Part shown: piece after piece, positions 12,731 through 23,162 of the stretch
Numbering within the stretch: the first letter of the stretch is position 1
Layout: every line of letters starts with the position of its first letter
From: Octopus sinensis
Taxonomy: Eukaryota
Direction of reading: 5' to 3'
Length of the DNA: 64,000 nucleotides
Assembly (NCBI RefSeq): GCF_006345805.1
Contig: NC_043018.1
Location: 2,976,001 to 3,040,000 of the forward strand
Notes under the pieces: generated by a model
Told to the model about the DNA's origin: nothing
The model's database searches: none
The model's input: the letters and a program-made list of their open reading frames with translations, nothing else
Position numbers and translations under genes: made by a program

Positions 12731-15650
12731 CTAATATACGCAGCAGCCACTGCAGCCACAAAAGAAGCTGGATACTCACCCAAACCCGCCCAAACAGGAG
12801 TACCAGCACCCAAACAAACCCTGTGGATAAATAACATCCAAAGCAAAATAAAAAAAAATAGAAAAGACCTGTCGATTCTTAATGAAATCAGCAAAGAATC
12901 AACTCTACTGAGCAACAAAAAGAGAACAAAAATACTCCGCAAATATAACATCACAGAAAAAGATTTGCCTGAAATAAAAGAAAAGCTGAAGCAAGATATC
13001 CTTGCCAAAGCACAAAGGATCCGCCGGTACAAGAAACGCCAACGCTTCTTTGAAGAAAACAAAAAGTTCAACTCCAACCCCAAAAAGTTCTACCAAGAAC
13101 TGGGCAAAAATAAAATAGAAGTCACTGCAGCACCAACGGCAGAAGAATTGGAAGAATTCTGGGGAGAAATATGGTCGGCGAACGAACCACCAAAAAAAGG
13201 AGTATCAAAATAACAAACTCGGCATCTGAACAAATTTGGACCCCCATAACAACTGAAGAGGTCACCCAGGCACTGCAAAGACTAAGCAACCGGAAGGCAC
13301 CTGGGTATGACAAGATCCCCAACTTCTGGTTGAAATATCTTAACAGGAATGCACAAAAAGCTGGCTGAAAACTTTAACAACGTACTAGCAGAGCCAGAGA
13401 CAATGCCTGAATGGCTCACGAAGGGGAAAACCATCTTAATTCCCAAATCAAATGAAACAGAAAAACCAGAAAACTACAGACCAATAACCTGCCTCCCTAC
13501 TATGTTCAAGGCATTTACTGCAGTGATATCACAAAGGCTGAACAAGCACCTGGACGAAAACAAACTGTTCCCAGAAGAGCAGAAAGGATGCCGCAAGGCT
13601 CATATGGCTGTAAAGATCAACTAATGATTAATAAAGCCATAACTGAAGACAGCCACAGAAAGAAGAAAGGCCTCAGTATGGCCTGGATTGACTACAAAAA
13701 GGCGTTTGATAGCATCCCCCACACATGGATCCTCGAAACACTAGCCATTAACAAAGTAGCACCAACAATCATAAAATTCATAGAGCAATCTATGAATAAA
13801 TGGCAAACAGTCCTACACCTCCAAACAAAAGAGGGACTCATGAAAACCAAAGACATCCCCATTAGAAGAGGAATATTCCAGGGAGATACGCTCTCTCCAC
13901 TCCTTTTCTGCTTGGCACTGTCACCTCTATCTGATATGCTAAATAGAACTGGATGCGGATATAAATGTTACGACAAAACGATCAGCCACCTTTTATATAT
14001 GGATGACCTAAAACTATACGCTGCAAATGACAAACAGCTGGAAACACTATTAAAGACAGTTCATGGATTTACCAAAGAAATAGATATGAAATTTGGATTA
14101 GAAAAATGCGCCAAAGTAACCATGAAAAGAGGAAAACTAGTTAAGAGTAACAACATCACACTAGATGAAGCAAATGAAATAAAAGAATTAGACCAAAGCC
14201 AAACTTACAAATACTTAGGAATCCATGAACTAGATAAGACACAACACACACAAATGAAAGAGAAAATAAAAAAAGAATATTATAGACGAGTTAGATCAAT
14301 ACTAAACACAGAGCTCAATGCTAAAAACAAGATAATAGGTATCAACACTTAGCTGTCCCAGTTATAAGTTACAGCTACAATATCCTTAACTGGACACGAA
14401 ATGAACTGACCAAAATAGACAGGAAAACAAGAAAAATACTGACAGGATCTAGGATGCATCACCCAAAATCTGACATAGAAAGACTATATATACAACGTAT
14501 AGAAGGTGGTAGAGGCCTTATACAGCTGGAAAACTACTATAAAATAACCACCATAGGACTGCAAAAATATCTACTTCAGAAGGAAGGAAAACTGATCCAG
14601 ATAGCGGCAAAACACGAGCAAAACAAAAAACTGTTCTCAGTATTTAAGGAAGCTGACAAATACAAACAAGAAATCATACCACCTAATAAACATGAAGAAG
14701 AGAAGATGAAGAAACAACAAAAGCTATAAAAAAATGAAATCCAACTAAAAATGGAACAGCAACGAACCATGATAAAACGATGGCAAGAAAAGCCCCTTCA
14801 TGGTAAATACTGGACTAAACTAAACGCAAAAGAAATAGACAAAGAAAAATCCCAGCAATGGTTGAGAAGCTCAGGACTCAAAGCAGAAACAGAGGGATTT
14901 TTAATTGCAGCACAAGACCAAAGCCTCCCCACCAGAAATTACCAAAAACATGTAATGAAAAGAAATATTACAAGTAACTGCAGAATATGTGGAGATGGAC
15001 AAGAACAATAAATCATATTATCTCTAGCTGCCCAGTCCTGGCTAAGAAGGAATATATTCACAGACATGACAGAGTTGGAACTTACATACATTGGAAGCTA
15101 TGCCAACATTATGGAATAACAACAGAAAAAAGATGGTATAGGCACACACCAGAAAAGGTCACAGAAAACGAGAAAGCAACCATACTCTGGGATATGCCGA
15201 TACACACAGATAGAGAAATTAAGGCCAACAGACCAGATATAGTTGTCAGAGACCATGAAGAAAAAAAATGCTTTCTAATTGATGTATCAGTACCGGCCGA
15301 TGACAACGTTCTCTAAAAGAAATGGAGAAACTCTCAAAATACAAAGACCTGAAAATAGAGGTAACTAGAATGTGGAATCTGAAAACAGAAACAATTCCTA
15401 TCATAGTAGGTGCATTAGGCATGATAAAAAAATATTCAGACAAATACATAACAAAAACACCAGGACTTACAAACACATATAACATACAGAAAATTGCACT
15501 ACTAGGCACTGCACACATCCTACGCAGAACACTTTCCATACAATAACCATCAGAGCATCACAACAAATCACAGCACATACCCAAGGCACACAGAGCTGCG
15601 CTCGGTAGTGAAGTGAAAGCACGCTATAAAAATAAAAATAAAACTACTGA
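12731..15650 (+). mobile_element. 5'-truncated R4/Dong-like non-LTR retrotransposon (RT + CCHC knuckle + restriction-like endonuclease), frameshifted
   Basis: RT motifs KAPGYDKIPNFW, NYRPITCL, WIDYKKAFDS, GIFQGDTLSPLLF, LLYMDDLKLY, FGLEKC; CRICGD..TINHIISSC knuckle; RPDIVV..LIDVSVP..EKLSKYKDL nuclease; short 3' UTR then (AAT)n. About seven frame breaks. Confidence 0.95.
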
Positions 15651-16071
15651 ATAATAATAATAATAATAATAATAATGAAATTAATAATAATAATAGTAAT
15701 AATGAAATTAATAATGATAATAGTAATAATGATGATGATGATGATGATGGTGATGATATTAATATTAATAATAATAATAATAATAATAGTAATAATGATG
15801 ATGATGATGATGATGGTGATGATATTAATATTAATAATAATAATAATAATAGTAACAATAATAATAATAATAATAATAAAGAAATTAATAATAATAATGA
15901 TGATGATGATGATGATGGTGATGACAATAATAATAAAGAAATTAATAATAATAATGATGATGATGATGATGATGGTGATGATATTATAATAATAATAATA
16001 ATAATAATAATAAAGAAATTAATAATGATAATAGTAATAATGATGATGATGATGATGATGATGGTGATGAT

Positions 16072-16135
<64 letters not shown>
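15651..16135. repeat. (AAT)n/(GAT)n array with higher-order units
   Basis: Block GATGATGATGATGATGGTGATGA recurs five times; AAAGAAATTAATAAT or ATGAAATTAATAAT recurs between blocks. Confidence 0.9.
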
Positions 16136-16369
16136 GACAATGGAAGAAAAATAAACGAAATAACTAAACCTATGCGTTAATGAGAATGAAAATTGTTAAC
16201 ACAAATGTTCTGTGAGGCATGTATTAGATTGTTTCGCATAAAATGCTGCATTTTTAATTACTTGTTATTTCAGTCATTTAAAAAGTCAATTATGTATACC
16301 TGGCATTTAATCTTGACTCTTTTTCTTTCCCAAAAATATCGGTATATAAAATTCGTACCCACAGACCTT

Positions 16370-16770
16370 ATGGAAACGACAACAACCAAACTTTGTTGAG
16401 TGATTCTCTCGTATGAGTACAAACTGGGTCATTCTGCCGCAGAAGCTCTACGGAATATCAAGAGGGAATTTGGTAATGGTTTTGTTGACGTCACAACTGT
16501 TCAGAGATAGTTCCAATGCTCTCGTTCAGGATATGATAGATTTGAAAATAAACCAAGGGGTAGACCAAAATTAGTTATACGACATGAAGGATTAAATGCT
16601 TTGGTTGAACAAAAGCCGAGATCAAAGGTTCGAAAAATTTCCTCAGAACTCCAAACATCTGGCACAAATGTTTGTGGACACCTGTAAAAAATTGGAAAAG
16701 TGAAGAAAACGGATAGGTTTGTTCCACATCAAATGAACGAGATTAAAAATACAGACACCTCGAAGTGCGC
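16370..16770 (+). pseudogene. mariner-family transposase N-terminal relic
   Basis: YEYKLGHSAAEALRNIKREFG..TVQR*FQ..KPRGRP..ALVEQKP..HL*KIGKVKK..FVPHQMNE: mariner HTH region and WVPHEL-like motif, with stops. Confidence 0.85.
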
Positions 16771-16888
16771 ATTTAACCAAAATGAAGTAGATTGACAAAA
16801 TTATTTTTTGAACCTGTTGAAGGCACACAAGATGACAAAATATTGTTCACTAGATGTTAATGGCGCTTTTCTTTTAATGTTGTCTTTT

Positions 16889-16920
<32 letters not shown>

Positions 16921-16940
16921 TTTTTTTAAGTTTTTTTTTT

Positions 16941-17097
16941 AGACATTCATTAGTACAACACCAAAAACTCCCCCCCCCCAAAAATATATGGCACACTAGG
17001 CATAACAACAACATGAACTTCCAACCTGTTGTCTCTTGAGGTCTCTGGGTGAGACTTGGAGCCAACTTGTACAAATTTAAAGCAAAAGTCAAACAGA

Positions 17098-17100
<3 letters not shown>
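16941..17100 (+). mobile_element. Probable 3' UTR fragment of a second RLE-type LINE
   Basis: Non-repetitive segment bracketed by (AAT)n tracts and ending AAAAGTCAAACAGAG(AAT)n. Assignment rests on context and recalled resemblance, not on a search. Confidence 0.4.
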
Positions 17101-17167
<67 letters not shown>

Positions 17168-17179
17168 GATAATAATGAT

Positions 17180-17211
<32 letters not shown>

Positions 17212-17275
17212 CCACCAGAAGAAGAAGAAGGGGAAGAAGAAGAACAACAACAACAATAACATCGCAATATACCTT

Positions 17276-17410
17276 AGGAATGAGAACCCAGATTTCAAAT
17301 TTCCCCAAGACACCTGATGAAGGCTGGAGAGTATATCAGCCGAAACTTGTTAACAACTAACAAGATGAGGATGAATATCCGTCAAATGTAAATAACGTAA
17401 ATAATTCCTC
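17276..17410 (+). mobile_element. Short repeat with hammerhead-like core (family H2, copy 1)
   Basis: CTGATGA(17314-20)-A-GGCTGG agagtata TCAGCC-GAAAC; homologous to 51855-52005. Cleavage triplet is damaged here. Confidence 0.65.
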
Positions 17411-18084
17411 ATCTCTTAAAAAGAAAAAATGTAATTCGATTGAAGCATACTGGAAGTATTGCACCTTATCCCCCATTGGTAATTCTGCCGGATGATTATA
17501 TTAAGAAATACATATTAGTGACAGAAGCAGTATTAATAGCTGGAGATAATAATTATCCCCACTTAAATTTGGATGTTCTCTTTGAACAAAATGTACTTTT
17601 ATATTGGCTTTAGATGCAAAATGCATTCGTATCGGGAAGATGTATACTCGCAACCGCAGCACCAAGACCGCCAGATCGTGTGATTTCGACGTTCCATGGT
17701 CTCATCAATGATGGACGCTCGACTACCAAGGAAAGCAGCGACTCGTTTCCCTGCCAGCGATATATATAGAAACCCAGTAGTAGAACAGGCACTGGTGTCC
17801 CAATTAGCCAGTGTACATGTTAAAAGGTATATATTAGAAATAGAGGCAGTATTAACACCGAGACGTAATATTTATCCACACTTTGGCGTGGATGTTCTGT
17901 TGGAACATACAATACTGCGATAATTACCACAAGAGGAACACTCATATAGAATTTTGGAGGATAATGCTCTGTTGCATAGGCTGTATTTTACACCAAAAGC
18001 CAATATGAGATTTCTTTCATTGTATTAACCGCAGTATAGTTGTTTATTCAAACAGAACATCCACGTTTCAGTGGGGATAAAATA

Positions 18085-18442
18085 TATTCCTTTCTACTAT
18101 AAGCACAAGGGCTGAAATTTTGTTTTTACCGGTACTTAATTTATCCACCCCGAAAGGATGAAAGGCAAAGTCGACACCGGCGGCATTTGAACTCAGAACA
18201 TGAAGACAGACGAAATACCTATTACCTCACTACCCAGAAGGGGCTAGACACAGAGAGGACGAACAAACGGATTAAGTCGATTATATCGACCTCAGTGCGT
18301 AACCGGTACTTATTTAATCGGCCCCGAAAGGATGAAAGGCAAAGTCGACCTGGGCGGAATTTGAACTCAGAACGTAACGGCAGACGAAATACCGCTAAAC
18401 ATATCGCACGGTGTTCTAGCGATTCTGACAGCTCGACGCCTT
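18085..18442 (-). mobile_element. SINE family D with internal dimer
   Basis: TTTGAACTCAGAAC..GACGAAATACC occurs twice, with the same spacer as the 43786 trimer. Confidence 0.85.
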
Positions 18443-18718
18443 TTGGGGGAATAAATATATTAAGGATACGCAGTTATGTAGTGTGCACAGCCGTTTACTC
18501 AGTACTTGAATTAACCCATAGATAGAACAACTGAATACTTCTCAATACATTGACAAACGACTGTTCATCCAGACACACAAACATGAATATATAGATTTTA
18601 TGTGCAGGCATTTAACAATGTTCTATAAAAGGCGATATTCGATGGTATTTTGGCGGGGAAATTGGCAACGAGATTCCCTTAGTCTCATTTAGATTATGTT
18701 GTTAATATTGATTCTCGG

Positions 18719-18905
18719 GAAGGCGGCGAGCTGACAGAATCATAAGCATCTGTCTTTACGTTCCGAGATCAAATTCCGTTGATTTTGCCTTTCGTCTTTT
18801 CTGGGTCGGTAAATTAAGTATCAGTTGCGTATCGGGGTAGATCTAATCGAGTGGCCCCCCTCTCCCCACATTTCCTGCCTTGTTCCTAGAGTAGAAAAAA
18901 GAGAG
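18719..18905 (+). mobile_element. SINE family D monomer
   Basis: GGCGGCGAGCTGACAGAATC head; AAATTAAGTATCAGTTGCGTATCGGGGTAGATCTAATCGA body. Confidence 0.8.
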
Positions 18906-19742
18906 TCTTACTTCTCCGTGACACGATAATCAGCATGCTGTTCATCTTCATCAAATTCCTACTCTTTTTCGTAATTTTTAATGGAAATTCTGTGTTAAGT
19001 CTTAATTTCGATTTTATTAATAATCTATTTCATGCGTAAGGTTTATATGCTTCAAATATTTCAATATTGTGGGAAGCCTCTGTGTGTTCGCAGATGCATG
19101 ATTTTGACTATTAAGTATTTATTTTCCTTTTTAAAGAACGATGACATCTTCGTTCCCAAAATGATCTTCAATATTATCCCAGGAATGCTTTTCTCTACGA
19201 TTTAAAAAAGAATTACACCCTCACTCACCCACGTTAGCCTATGATATCATCCTTAGAACTTGTCTTTAAGTATTCAAGTCGGAAAATGGGAGTCGAATTA
19301 CACGCCGCACACAATTAAATGATTATTCAACTCAGAACTAAAAGGTTGGAAAACTAAAGTAATATATATCCTTTGTGGCTCTAATGATTCCGCTCCTCCA
19401 ATAATGTTGTTAATGGAACTATTATATATCACTGGAAACGGAAGCACGAATATGTGCTCGTATGTGTGAGCCAGTGTGTAATAGTCGTCTGTTTCCATGT
19501 ATGTGAATTCATATAATCATGCAAGTATGCACATGTGTGCGTATGTGTGTGCGTGTGACTGCATATGTGTAAGGAAGGGGAGATAAGAGTGATATACATG
19601 TAAATATTTATATATATTTTTATTTCTGTACTTTAGAAATGAAAATTGTATTGGGTTACTGGGAAACATATTTTGATTGGTATTATCACGTTAAGAGCTA
19701 AATCATTTATATTCCTATTGATCTTTCATCAATTTCATCTGC

Positions 19743-19785
<43 letters not shown>

Positions 19786-20497
19786 GCACACCGACTGTCA
19801 CACACACATATGTATACGTAGAATTTTGTGTAAATATATAGATGTACATCTACCTATGCATATGTGTTTGTGTGTCTGTGTGTGCGTGTGTGTTTCTGAG
19901 GGTCTCCATATGTATGTAATTCACCAGCAAACTTCATACATAGATATCCCCATACATCTGTCTCCATAAACATGCCTCGTTTTATTTTTACTATCAAACA
20001 TAAAACTATTTTGTACCTCCATCTCTGATGATATTTTGCAGATGTATTTATAATTTCATCGAACAACCCATGATTTAAATATATAATTTAGCAAATGAAT
20101 AAAATATCTAAAGCGATTAGGACATCGCCTCATCTTTCGCTATTATGTTGTTTTAATGAAGGGTCTTACAGGCTTGCAAATGTTTAACAGCAGACGAAGT
20201 AATATCAGAGATAGGAAAAAAATGATGATTACTTTTCAATGCGTCTCGTAATCACATACGTTTCGCACGTTGTGTGTATGTGAGCTGTTTGCGTCTATGT
20301 TTACTCGTGAACTGTTCGTAAATGAATGTGTTTGATTCTGCGCGTTGCTGTGTCTGCGTGAGTTCCTGTAAGTTTTATGATTTGCCAGACAGGAAATAAA
20401 TATGTTAATGCGTAGTCATATGAACAAATAAACGTTTATGCGGCTACGTATGTATATGTGTAAGCACATGTAAAGGTATAGGCACACATGTATGTGC

Positions 20498-20532
<35 letters not shown>

Positions 20533-20626
20533 CGTGTGTCTGTCTGTCTGTCCGTCTGTGTGCGTATGTGTATGCTTATAAACATATATATGTATATTTA
20601 TGAATTGTGTATGCATATACGCATGC

Positions 20627-20663
<37 letters not shown>

Positions 20664-20672
<9 letters not shown>

Positions 20673-20990
20673 ATTGGTGAATTGAAGAAATGGAGCTGAA
20701 CGCAGATTGAACAGAAATCGTTTTATTTCATTCTACACGTGTTTCGAAAGGCACAAATTACCAAAATCCGATTGAATAATGGGACCATATTGTGTCTTTC
20801 TCTTCAGGAAGAAAATAGGAAATCCGTTGGAGAAACAAAAACAGAACAGAGGCAGAGCAAAAACAAATCGAACTATGCTCCTAAGAGCCCATGGCGAAAC
20901 TGTTTATCAGTGTATGTTGAGAACCGGTGGCTGAAGAATTTAACGGGTCAGGCATCGGTCAATCATGTGGGTGAGGGTGTGTGGGTGTTC
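20664..20990 (-). repeat. Inverted pseudo-LTR, left arm
   Basis: Reverse complement of 22836-23162; ORFs 20739+ and 22803- translate identically over their shared part. Confidence 0.97.
20724..20817 (-). ncRNA. Minimal type I hammerhead ribozyme, left-arm copy
   Basis: Reverse complement of 23009-23102; predicted cleavage after A at 20734. Confidence 0.85.
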
Positions 20991-21043
20991 CGCTTTCTGC
21001 ATAAAAATCATGCCAAAATCATGCCAAAACCGTAACAGACAAT

Positions 21044-22423
21044 TTGGTTAAAAACATCTCTCTAAGATTGTCTGGCTTGTCCGCCAGTGCCGATATTTTT
21101 ATGCAGAAAGCGGAATTTTATAACGCCGCACTATCCAAGGCCGGTTATAGGCAGAAGGTAATTTATATTGATCCGGCCCTTCCGATGCCATCATTCGGTC
21201 ATCAGGATAGGGCCGTATATAATAACATTAACATTTTAAGTAAGGACGGGAGCGCGGCGGATGCCGGGGTAGTCGCTCCCGCATTTAATTTAGCGAACAA
21301 GGATAATTATCGGTCCGGGAGGTCTTACACTAACCCAAGACCCGTTATTCATCCGAGAATCACCCACCCGAACGCGAGAGCTGGCGTCCCGACCCATCAC
21401 ACTGATAGGAATAAGCATATATGGTTTGTAATCCCCTTTGGTAAGCAGATTAGAACTAACCTCCCCCTCATGTTTAGACAAGCCATCGCCAATAACTTCC
21501 CCAGAAATTCCAAATATTACCCCACGGTTAACTCGCATAAAGTTAGGATAGCTTTCTCCAACACTAAAAACCTCGCCCAGATAATCGCCTCCCATAATAA
21601 TAGGCTACTTACTAAGACCCTATCACCTTTTTCCGGAGGCACAGCCTCTTCCGCTCCCGGTTTAATGCTCAGTAGGAATAATTATAGTAGTAATAATGAT
21701 ATGAGAGCCAGTACAGTGACACATAATCTCAGCTCCAGCCAGGGAGTACCCACTAGGGGTATAGTTATAAATAGGGGTGTTGTGGTTGACGGTAACAATG
21801 GGAGTAGGGTAGAGAGCCCCAATAGCATCCCCAGCATCATTTCCCGCAATAGCAGCACCACGGGCAGTAGCAATGACAGCACCCTGATAGATAGTGGAGA
21901 ATCAGGGGTTATTCCTATAGTTAATAGTGACGTAGTGGAAAATAGAGTAGTAAGCGGCTGCAGGTCTCGGAACGAATATAGTGACAGGAACGCAGTTCTA
22001 ATTTCAGAAACTAATCCTAGCAGAATAAGATTCACGTCGGCGAACTCCAAGATCAAAAACGCCGTCTACCAATGCAAGGTTTACACGGACTCAGATGTCT
22101 TCACTTATGTAGGGGCCTCATCCTCAAGATTGTCTTTGCGTGTCTCCAACCATTACGCAACTTTTCGGGACATGAACAAGCGCCAGACCACGGGACTCAG
22201 TAAGCTAATATGGCGACTGAAGGATACGAACTTAAGCTACAGGCTGGAATGGTCAATTTTGTCGGTGGCCCTCCCATTTGATAGGGGCAGAAGGCAGTGC
22301 AACCTTTGTGTCTCCGAACTCTTCCATATTTTGTTTGCCAGAGGCCGGATGGTAAACGGGCTTTTACAGTCGGCTTTTCGATGCCCCCATTGGCGGCGTT
22401 ACACTTATCTGGCTTTTAAATAG
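21044..22423 (+). CDS. PLE RT thumb region + GIY-YIG endonuclease (459 aa); RT catalytic core absent
   Basis: Thumb-like KNISLRLSGLS..FYNAALSKAGY and HIWFVIPF..TNL..NSHKVRIAFS..IIASHN; endonuclease NAVYQCKV..TYVGASS..LRVSNH..LSKLIWRLK..LEWSIL..CNLCVSE..VN. Frame is open from 21005; the listed start is TTG. Confidence 0.9.
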   Translation: MVKNISLRLSGLSASADIFMQKAEFYNAALSKAGYRQKVIYIDPALPMPSFGHQDRAVYNNINILSKDGSAADAGVVAPAFNLANKDNYRSGRSYTNPRPVIHPRITHPNARAGVPTHHTDRNKHIWFVIPFGKQIRTNLPLMFRQAIANNFPRNSKYYPTVNSHKVRIAFSNTKNLAQIIASHNNRLLTKTLSPFSGGTASSAPGLMLSRNNYSSNNDMRASTVTHNLSSSQGVPTRGIVINRGVVVDGNNGSRVESPNSIPSIISRNSSTTGSSNDSTLIDSGESGVIPIVNSDVVENRVVSGCRSRNEYSDRNAVLISETNPSRIRFTSANSKIKNAVYQCKVYTDSDVFTYVGASSSRLSLRVSNHYATFRDMNKRQTTGLSKLIWRLKDTNLSYRLEWSILSVALPFDRGRRQCNLCVSELFHILFARGRMVNGLLQSAFRCPHWRRYTYLAFK

Positions 22424-22835
22424 CGTTTATAAATAATACCGGCACCCATAGCCCTTGGTAACAAATTCTGAAATAGCCTTTAAGATATCTACGATTAACC
22501 ACTGCAAGGGGAATTACTCCTGTTAGACAAACGGGGCTTGGTTTTTTCACAGCGGGGGGTTTCCTTGACAAGGCAGGCTTAGATGAACACACACACACAT
22601 AAAACATAATATATATTTTTTTTTTCTGCCACCCAACGGTTCTCGCGGCAGTAGCCACTGACAGCCGAACGATCAAACGCACACACGTACACAAAAAATG
22701 TTTTCTACCCCTACGCCAACACACACATATATAGAACAGTATACACACACACACGTCTCTAAGTAGATTTTTTCTCGCCCCTTATAAAACATCCAATATT
22801 CCTTAAATAGTCAGAACTTTATTCTCGGTCACAAA

Positions 22836-23162
22836 GAACACCCACACACCCTCACCCACATGATTGACCGATGCCTGACCCGTTAAATTCTTCAGCCACC
22901 GGTTCTCAACATACACTGATAAACAGTTTCGCCATGGGCTCTTAGGAGCATAGTTCGATTTGTTTTTGCTCTGCCTCTGTTCTGTTTTTGTTTCTCCAAC
23001 GGATTTCCTATTTTCTTCCTGAAGAGAAAGACACAATATGGTCCCATTATTCAATCGGATTTTGGTAATTTGTGCCTTTCGAAACACGTGTAGAATGAAA
23101 TAAAACGATTTCTGTTCAATCTGCGTTCAGCTCCATTTCTTCAATTAACCAATAATGTTTTA
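22836..23162 (+). repeat. Pseudo-LTR, right (3') arm
   Basis: Downstream of the ORF; inverted partner of 20664-20990. Confidence 0.97.
23009..23102 (+). ncRNA. Minimal type I hammerhead ribozyme
   Basis: Stem I TATTTTCTTC/GAATGAAATA; core CTGAAGA 23019-25; stem II GAAAG-A-CACAA/TTGTG-C-CTTTC; GAAA 23081-84; stem III AC[ACGT]GT; triplet GUA, cleavage after 23092. Confidence 0.88.

Larger units (their letters stand above)
20664..23162 (+). mobile_element. Young 5'-truncated Penelope-like element (Naiad-like) with inverted pseudo-LTRs
   Basis: 327-bp inverted arms (20664-20990 and 22836-23162; one mismatch seen) around a GC-richer open PLE frame. Confidence 0.92.

Noticed and set aside
20890-20945. 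Possible type II hammerhead (GAAACTG..CAGTG..CTGAAGA) in the pseudo-LTR
   Set aside because: Position 17 is G, and neither stem I nor stem II can form.
20739-21035. Identical peptide encoded on opposite strands here and at 22803-23087, suggesting a duplicated small gene
   Set aside because: A by-product of the inverted pseudo-LTRs; GTG start, antisense to the ribozyme, no recognisable motifs.
21290-22056. Antisense ORFs of 101 and 124 aa
   Set aside because: Shadow frames of the PLE ORF with no motifs.
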